Source: a virus. From it: a DNA stretch of 38,904 bases. Positions 1-7,800 of the stretch are shown here, piece by piece. The notes below the pieces were generated by a model. It did not search any database and was not told the origin of the DNA. It saw only the letters and a program-made list of their open reading frames with translations. Positions within the stretch are counted from its first letter, which is position 1; each line of letters starts with the position of its first letter. The DNA lies in the IMG/VR virus record IMGVR_UViG_3300030330_005386, positions 1-38,904 of that record. The stretch is one strand, 5' to 3'. The position numbers were made by a program, and so were the translations under genes.

Positions 1-161
1 CCGCCACCACCAGTCCATGCGCCACCAGATCCACCACCACCAAACATCGCAAGTAATGCCTCAAATCCTCCACCAGCACTAGATGTTGATCTACTTACAA
101 CACCACCTCCTAATCCTGTTAAACCTTGAATAGGTTTCTCTTTCTTATGCCAATTAAACAT
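1..161 (-). CDS. Glycine-rich protein, N-terminal fragment (continues past the left edge)
   Basis: Not in the ORF track because it is truncated. Minus-strand ATG at 161..159 sits 5 nt after a GGAGG Shine-Dalgarno (167..171) and 12 nt after the stop of the 880-aa gene. It reads MFNWHKKEKPIQGLTGLGGGVVSRSTSSAGGGFEALLAMFGGGGSGGAWTGGG, with poly-Gly blocks like the Gly-rich domain of the 665-aa ORF. Confidence 0.55.
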   Translation of the reverse strand, partial: MFNWHKKEKPIQGLTGLGGGVVSRSTSSAGGGFEALLAMFGGGGSGGAWTGGG

Positions 162-173
162 ATCTACCTCCTA

Positions 174-2816
174 TCAAGAAGTCTTAGTCTGAGTTGCTAT
201 TACGGTGTATGTAGCACTTGCAGTCTTCATGATTGTATACGCATAGATGTCAACACCACCATCACCACCGTCAGAAGGAGCACTACCACCAGTCCAGTTT
301 AATGTGCCACCATTGGTTCCAACCGTGTTACCATCGATATTAACTGTTGCAGCATATCCAGCGGCGGCCGCAGTGGTAACTATAGTGACAGAGATTGCAT
401 CACCATTTGCCATTGTGTTGTTTAGTGATGTTGATGAATTGATTCTAATATTTGGAGTAGCTGTGGTTGTTTCAGTTGTGGTGAACAAATGCATCATTCC
501 ATCTGCAAGATCAATATCCGTATTGTCACTTAACTTACCAGAGGTAACATTAACTCTCTCAATCAGTTCACCATTATTAAAGTGAATACCACCACCTGAG
601 GTGATACGCATTCTTTCCGTTGGTGTTACTGCTCCATCAGCAGTCGTCGAGAACATTAACCTACCCGGCATGTCATTTGCGCCAGGGGTGCCATCTGATT
701 CACAAATAACAGATGCAGCCTGAACAAATTCAGTTCCGTCGTTACCTTGGAATATTACCCTACCAAGAGTGTCACCAGATTGAACAATAGTATTTGATCC
801 AACAGAAGTGCCACGCGATCTCGCAAGTGTAATAATTGGATCGGTACTGGTGCTGTTTATAACGCACGAAACAGTGCTTGTATTGTTATCAGTACCTTCT
901 ACCTGGAGCGCCGCACTAAGCGTTGTATTAAAGAAATTACTACGCGCAGAAGAGGCACCAATTAAGAACCGCCCAGATGAATCGGTACGAGTTCTCTCGC
1001 TACCATTAGTATGTACAGTAAATGTATCGGCAGCAGGGAATCTGATTGCAGTATCAGTATCACCAGTGTGAATAATAGAATCTGCGATAGATACATTACT
1101 CTTGAATGTACCAACACCAGTAATATCAAGTCCATTTGCTAGGACTTGAATACCCTGTTGTGCCGTGATAATACCAATAGAATCAATATTTTCTACATCT
1201 TGATATGTGAGTGTTCCGCCAATTGTAACATTACCAGTGAAAGAAGCACTCGTAGCAGTAAGAACTCCAGTAACTCTTAAACCAGCAGTAAATTCAGGAG
1301 CTCCTGTTCCTGCAGCATCAGCAAAGTTATCAGCACGAACTCTACCACCAGACTTACCAAGTGCAGGTAATGTTTGAGTGGTTCCGATACCAAGAATATT
1401 AGGAACAAATTCATCACCATCACCAACGATTAAGTCTGCATCTTCACTAACTTCAATCTCTGCATATTGCGTATATGCGACTATGGCAGTATCGGGAGGA
1501 TCGATAGTAATTGTTGATGCGACACCGAGAACTTGATCGGTATAGTAAATCTTGTTAAGTGGACTTGTATTGTCAGAACTCAGTGCAGTTCCAAGTCCAG
1601 CAGGTAAGTTTGTAAGGTTGCTACCATCGCCTTCAAATGATGTTGCAGTGGCAACACCAGTAATTACAACACCGTTAGGGTTCGCTTGTGCTTTTACATT
1701 ACCACCATCATCTTTCAGTGATGTAGCATCAATTCCAGTTAAGTTAGAACCATCACCAAAGTATGTTGTTGCTAATACGCCAGTGGAGTTAAACGTAACA
1801 ATACCAACTCCATTACTGGAATAAGCAACAGATCCATCAGCAGGAGCGAAGAATCCAGTGTTAGAGTCGTTACCAAATGATAGTGATGGTGCCGCTACTG
1901 TTCCTGTCGAGAATGCAACACTAGTCAGTTGAGTAATAATACCAACGTTAAATGGTGCTGCGTCTACCCACTGTGCGCTATTATCATCTTGATAATAGAT
2001 GAAGAGTCGTCCAAGTCCTGTGTTATACCACAGGTTACCAGCAGTGACAATACCAGTAAACGCATCTCCAGGTGTTGAACCAACGCCAATACTTGCACTA
2101 CCACCACCACTTCCTCCACCACCTTGGAAGCTCAGAGTTACAATACCAACGGCAGAGTTGAATTGGGCAGTTGTAAATCCAGGGCCTCTAAACTCAAGGA
2201 AAGATACACCGTATCCAACCAATCCAAGAGATGTTCCAATACCAATTTGTCCTGCACCAACAAATTGAGCGGCAGTTACAACACCGCTAATATTTGCTCC
2301 ACCACTAAATGTTGGGGTGTTTGATAATGTGGTGATATCTGCAGTGGCAATAGTTGCAGTGCCACTTACATTTACATCAGTACTATCAAGTGATGTAATT
2401 GTACTGATACCAGTAACTGTTATGCCATCATTGAATGATGTCAGTCCAACAAACGTTGGAACTGTTGCAATACCAGTAAGGGTTAAATTTCTACCACTAA
2501 TTTCATCATATGAGATGTCAGCAAAAGTAGTAAAACCAGTGACTGTAAGTTGATCTACACTTACACCACCAAAGGTAGAGAACCCAGTAACATTTAAATT
2601 ACCAAGATTTACATCACCCGCAGATGCTTCAAGCGTTGCAATCGTAGCAACACCTGTAATATTGATATCCGTTGCTGCAATTCCACCACGAACGTCTAAA
2701 GTGGAGCGAGGGCCAGTACTCGCAATACCAACTTTCTTACTACTAGCGTCCGCAACAATAAGATCAGAGTTAACCTCTAAGCCATTCTTGACGACAAAAC
2801 TCTTATCTACTGCCAT
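174..2816 (-). CDS. Tail-fibre-like virion structural protein (880 aa)
   Basis: Long ORF rich in Thr/Gly/Val/Ser. N-terminus is MAVDKSFVVKNGLEV. Short VTG/ITG beta-strand motifs recur, and the fibre motif F-x-GDGSNLT-x-(I/L) occurs twice (YFGDGSNLTGI, SFEGDGSNLTNL). A TATAAATA late-promoter motif lies 33 nt upstream. Confidence 0.8.
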   Translation of the reverse strand: MAVDKSFVVKNGLEVNSDLIVADASSKKVGIASTGPRSTLDVRGGIAATDINITGVATIATLEASAGDVNLGNLNVTGFSTFGGVSVDQLTVTGFTTFADISYDEISGRNLTLTGIATVPTFVGLTSFNDGITVTGISTITSLDSTDVNVSGTATIATADITTLSNTPTFSGGANISGVVTAAQFVGAGQIGIGTSLGLVGYGVSFLEFRGPGFTTAQFNSAVGIVTLSFQGGGGSGGGSASIGVGSTPGDAFTGIVTAGNLWYNTGLGRLFIYYQDDNSAQWVDAAPFNVGIITQLTSVAFSTGTVAAPSLSFGNDSNTGFFAPADGSVAYSSNGVGIVTFNSTGVLATTYFGDGSNLTGIDATSLKDDGGNVKAQANPNGVVITGVATATSFEGDGSNLTNLPAGLGTALSSDNTSPLNKIYYTDQVLGVASTITIDPPDTAIVAYTQYAEIEVSEDADLIVGDGDEFVPNILGIGTTQTLPALGKSGGRVRADNFADAAGTGAPEFTAGLRVTGVLTATSASFTGNVTIGGTLTYQDVENIDSIGIITAQQGIQVLANGLDITGVGTFKSNVSIADSIIHTGDTDTAIRFPAADTFTVHTNGSERTRTDSSGRFLIGASSARSNFFNTTLSAALQVEGTDNNTSTVSCVINSTSTDPIITLARSRGTSVGSNTIVQSGDTLGRVIFQGNDGTEFVQAASVICESDGTPGANDMPGRLMFSTTADGAVTPTERMRITSGGGIHFNNGELIERVNVTSGKLSDNTDIDLADGMMHLFTTTETTTATPNIRINSSTSLNNTMANGDAISVTIVTTAAAAGYAATVNIDGNTVGTNGGTLNWTGGSAPSDGGDGGVDIYAYTIMKTASATYTVIATQTKTS

Positions 2817-2848
2817 TTGGGTTCACTATCCCCCGTTAGATTTTTTAT

Positions 2849-2856
2849 TATTTATA
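2849..2856 (-). promoter_or_regulatory. T4-type late promoter motif TATAAATA
   Basis: Plus-strand tatttata equals minus-strand TATAAATA, an exact T4 late consensus. It sits in the 44-nt gap between the 665-aa and 880-aa genes, 33 nt upstream of the ATG at 2816. Confidence 0.55.
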
Positions 2857-2860
2857 GTAT

Positions 2861-4858
2861 CTAGAACTGATATCTTGTAGTATTAATCCATCTACCCTTA
2901 TCAGGGGTGATACTTAAACTTCCAGGATTACTGTCAGTGTCACTACATGTTAAAGTATTGTCCGATAATGTTCTTGTATCTACATTACTTGTATCAGTAA
3001 TATCATAAATTGATCCATCTTCAATATCTGCGGTTACAGTTGATGGTAAATCTCCACTAAAACCTGCAGCAGAACCAAATGTAATTGTAGAGGGGCCAAA
3101 TCCACTTACTAATGTCATAACAACTTGAATATTTTCAGTTGATGTACGAGTCTGAGTAAAGGTAACTGTCTCTATCTCGTTTGCTAACTCAATTAAAAAA
3201 TATCCACTACCTACGTTACCACCCGCTTGTGTCGAAATTATTTCTGGCCTTCCATTTGAATATCCTGATGCTCCGCCTCCACCACCCGTTTCAGATGCAC
3301 CATCACCACCAATATAACCTGCTGCACCTCCACCTTGAGTTGATCCGCCAATTCCACCGTTGTTTCTATATCCCAGTCCTGCTTTGTAACCTCTTACAAT
3401 AGAACCAGATCCATTGATTATTGATCCATCAGCAGCAGTTCTTGCCTGCGTAAGTTCTCCATTTTCAACATCAGAGCAAGGAGGAACTCCAAGTCTTCTA
3501 TAATATCCTCCAATTGTACAACCGGAAATCTTACCACCTGTGCGTTCTCTATTTCCAGCACCTGTTGGAGTTTGAAGTCCTCCCTGGAAGTATCCACTTA
3601 CAGTCGCAGCACCATCCTCTACTCTGGCTCCTCCACTTCCTCTTCCGGGCCCATCACCATCTCTTCCTGCTAGACTCATGCCACCGCCATTACCTCCTCT
3701 TCCTCTCTCTCCTGCACCACCGCCACCACCACATACTGCCATAATCGCTGCCTTATTATAGATATATGCTCCTGCTCCACCTCCTCCAAAGTCACTTCCA
3801 TAATTTCCAGCGATTTTAAAAACAAATTCTTCATTTTTCTCCATTGTTATAACAAAGACGGAAACCCCTCCTTCACCACCTTTATAACCAAATCTATCTG
3901 CTCCTGAAGGAGCAGCAATTGTGATTTTTACTTTAACATCTTTTTCATCAGCCCATACAACATAAGATCTACCACCTAATAATACTCCAAGTCTAACAGG
4001 ATCATTATTTTGCTGCCTTTCAAATAAATTATAAGATTCAGTCGGTGCAATAAGAGATGTAGAACCATAATTAAGTTGTTCCACTTTGATCATCTGTCTA
4101 GCATCAACCACTGTCAGAGTTGCATCATCTGAGGTAATAGGAGAATTTCCAGCAGTTGGATGAGATACAGTTACAGTGATTGTAGAATCACCAATCGTAT
4201 CGCTTGAAATTGTAAGAGTGGGTGATTGAGCACCACTTACTGTATCACTGTTGGCCAATGGAGTTCCATCTTGATTCCACTGATATGAAACATCAGAACC
4301 ATCTGAGGCAGATGCTACAACAGTGAAGGTTGCATCAACACCTTGAGCAACCTCATCATCAGTTGCTTGTGTGGTGATAGAAATTGTTGGATTTACTGTG
4401 ACAATTACAGAACCGGCAGCATTACTATCTAAACGTTGATTCTCATTCGACGCCTTTCCTGTCGATCTTGCTATACCAGCGGTGATGGCACCAGACTCTG
4501 ATTGATATGCGGATTCTGTGTAAGATGCACGAAGAAAAATTGATTTGCCAGTTTCAGATGGGTTTTGAAGATCCTGAATTGTTATCTCATTAGTTTGAGA
4601 ACCACTTATTTTTCCAGATACATCTTCAGCAGCAATTCCATCAATATACCATTGATATGCTATTTCACCAGTATTTGTTACCCTTTCTCCAGGAATTGTT
4701 GTTGGATTGTGTTTGAATTCAGCAGTTGCTAAACCAGATAATGTGACATCATCTCCTGCATTTACGGTAACAGACTCTGGAGTTGAAGTGAACCTAAGAT
4801 AAGGCCCATTCAAATCCAGTGTCGTATTTGTGCTATTGTAGAACGCTAATCCTATCAT
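2861..4858 (-). CDS. Virion protein with two Ig-like domains and a large glycine-rich domain (665 aa); candidate adhesin
   Basis: Two Ig-like segments with the YQW signature (GEIAYQWYIDG and DVSYQWNQDGTPL...ATLTVV). A roughly 260-aa Gly-rich region follows (GGEGG, GGGGAGAY, CGGGGGAGERGRGGNGGG, GGGAAGYIGGDG, GGGGGASGY). ATGA overlap with the upstream giant gene. Confidence 0.8.
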   Translation of the reverse strand: MIGLAFYNSTNTTLDLNGPYLRFTSTPESVTVNAGDDVTLSGLATAEFKHNPTTIPGERVTNTGEIAYQWYIDGIAAEDVSGKISGSQTNEITIQDLQNPSETGKSIFLRASYTESAYQSESGAITAGIARSTGKASNENQRLDSNAAGSVIVTVNPTISITTQATDDEVAQGVDATFTVVASASDGSDVSYQWNQDGTPLANSDTVSGAQSPTLTISSDTIGDSTITVTVSHPTAGNSPITSDDATLTVVDARQMIKVEQLNYGSTSLIAPTESYNLFERQQNNDPVRLGVLLGGRSYVVWADEKDVKVKITIAAPSGADRFGYKGGEGGVSVFVITMEKNEEFVFKIAGNYGSDFGGGGAGAYIYNKAAIMAVCGGGGGAGERGRGGNGGGMSLAGRDGDGPGRGSGGARVEDGAATVSGYFQGGLQTPTGAGNRERTGGKISGCTIGGYYRRLGVPPCSDVENGELTQARTAADGSIINGSGSIVRGYKAGLGYRNNGGIGGSTQGGGAAGYIGGDGASETGGGGGASGYSNGRPEIISTQAGGNVGSGYFLIELANEIETVTFTQTRTSTENIQVVMTLVSGFGPSTITFGSAAGFSGDLPSTVTADIEDGSIYDITDTSNVDTRTLSDNTLTCSDTDSNPGSLSITPDKGRWINTTRYQF

Positions 4859-7800
4859 GCGAAGTTCTGTCCTCCAACTACGCCGAAGAGTGTTGATCCA
4901 CCATCGAATGTCTTAAACGAATAGATATCCGATGTATTTGCTGATGTAGTAACAATAGGTAATACACCACCTGCGGGGAACTTAACATCAATGTCAGATC
5001 CACCATTGTCCTTAAAGGTAGCGATTCCAACAGAATATCCAGTGCTATCCTGAGTTATAAGTATTGAGAACGCAGTGGCACCTGAAGGAGGATTAAGAAG
5101 AGTGAACTGTGTCACTGCCTCATCAACAGTCAGGGTGAAGGATTGTGCAATAGACAAGTCAATGTTTACATTACCACCAGAGATGTCCAGTTCTTGAACA
5201 TACTCAGAGTAAGTCTTGAACTTAGCAGATCCTTCAATGTCAACCTTTGCTCTAGGAGTTGCAGTTCCAAATCCAGTTTGATTACTAGAAGTAGAAAGTG
5301 CAGTGCCAACAACAATATTGGTTGCAGTAATAATACCAGTGCGTATCTCACCAGATGTACTATCTAGTTTATGAGATGCAGCAGTCATTACGCCGCTGAC
5401 ATTTACGTTAACAACATCAATTCTGCCATCGAAAATTGAGTTGTTTCTAACCTTCAGATCAGTTGTTCCCGTTCCTGTTGTTCCAAGATCAAGATTGAAG
5501 TGAGGAACTGTTGTACCGATACCGACATTAACAAGATTGTTAGGATAGATACCAGTACCTAATCCAGATGCAACACCACTCCAGAGACTGTCAGTCTGAA
5601 GATTAAAGAGTTCAGAACCATCACCAACAAATTTTGTAGCAGTAGCAACACCAGCAGAATTAATATTACCGCTGAAATATGCATCACCCTCAACTCTAAA
5701 CTGGAAGGTGTTTGCGGAAGTACCAACACCTACTCTTCCTGCTGTATCAACAGAGAATTCAGTTGAACCATTTCCAACTTGTAAGACATTGTTTCCAGGA
5801 GTTGTGGTAGCAATGCCAACTGCATCAAAGATTCCAATACTCAGAGTCTTAGAAAGACTTACACTACCGAAACGATACCAATCATTATCTGTAGTATAAA
5901 TCCAACCAACATAACCACCCTTAGCAGGATTAGCATTGTAAACTACATCACCAGGGTTACCCGAAAGTGAAGGTGTAGCAATACCAACTGTGTACTTTCT
6001 AGAAACAGTGGTGTCACCTTGTAAGAACAGAGAGTTGGACTCAATGCCTTTAGTTGAAGTAGAGGTAATCTTTTCGTTGAAAATTACAGGGCCGTCAAAC
6101 TCAGAAACGATATTTCCTTCTGGGCCACCCTCAACTCTCAGTGAGCGACTGATTGATGCCTCAAGTGGAGTAAGAACATCAAATCCAACACTAACACCGC
6201 TGGTTGATACATCCTCACCAGTTACAGTGGGGATGGGAGCATCAAATACTTCCTCCTGTCCAGTAGCAGAACTTACCTTCTTATTGCCGACATAGAAGTC
6301 ACCAGCATCATTCATACCGGTGTAAACATTTACACCACCATCATACTTCAGAGACTGAGAGATAAGTGCTTCTCTCGTCGTGAGAGATCTATCTTGCTTT
6401 TCAGGGAGAGCAGTAGAATAGTTACCAGGGCCGTAACCAACATATTCAAATGTATGTCCAGAAGCACGAATGATAGAGTTTCTTCTAAATTCGACAGGAC
6501 GACAAGCGACTCTCTTAACTACGGCATTAATAGCGTGAGTGGTTGCTCTGGTTCCAAGAACACCTCTGAATACTGAAACAGGATTACCAGTCACAGTTGT
6601 CTTGACTCTGACGATTTCCTCATCAATCAACAGATAATCACCAATATTAATATCAGTATCAGTGACATTCAGAATATCAACATCAGTTGTTGATGCAGTA
6701 ACAATTGAAGCTGAAATCGTTGTAGTGATACCAGCATAAGTGGTTTGCTGTCTACCACTCAGGTTTTCATTTTCAACTACAACATTACCACCAGCAGATG
6801 CATAACTGAATGGATATACTCTAATGGTTCCTGAAGGATCAGGTGCTGTGGTTCCAACACCAACGCTGATTTCAAATGAAGTTTGAGATTCAGTCTTCTT
6901 GATGATGTAATCACCTTGATAAAGTGACTGATCAATTCCACCGAGTTTGATTTTGTTATTAACTCTCAGTCCATGATTCTCAGTGGTGGTAACAACACCA
7001 ACTCCAGTGACTCTATTGTAGTTAAAGGAACTTACATTCAGAGATCTACCATTTATTTGTACGGCAGCGGACGTAAGATCTGTAATACCGATACCAGATG
7101 CACCACCAACTGTTGCGGCAGATGCAACTTGAACCACTTTTGCAGCGCCAGCATTTACACCAGTGATTCTGTAAAGAGTATTATAAGGATAATTTGATTG
7201 TGGTTTAGCATTGACTAATTCAATTGTATCACCAGTGTTATCATGAATCTTAGTGACAGTTACGATACCAACAGAGTGAGGTGCAGTAGTTCCAACACCA
7301 ACAATTTGCAGCGAATCACCAACTGAGTAAGCACTACCGCCGTCCATGATCTTGGCAGCGACAATGTTACCAGAAGAATTAACTTCCAGTCTCGCAGTTG
7401 CATTTTGTCCTTGAGTTGATGCAGCACCCGAAGAAACTAACTTAGCATTGTAAATATAACCAGCACTTCCGTTTCCATATCCAGCACCACTATCAGCGAT
7501 ACCAATATTAACAACACGATTCAGTCCGTGATCAATTGTGGAGAAGAATGTGTGAGCAGTGCCAGTACTGTTAGACTGAACTTCAGTAACACCAAAACCA
7601 ATATTATAATCAAATACCTGAGCGTTAAGTGTTTCTTTCGTAATGCTACTCTGTAAATCATCACTTACAGTCTCACCAACAGGTGTAGCGAGAGCAAACG
7701 ATGAAGATGCATTAGGATCACTCTTAGGATTATCTCTATTAGTCTGAGGATAGAGTTGTTGAATAGACTGAGAGAATCTTTCAGTAGAGAACGGAGATAC

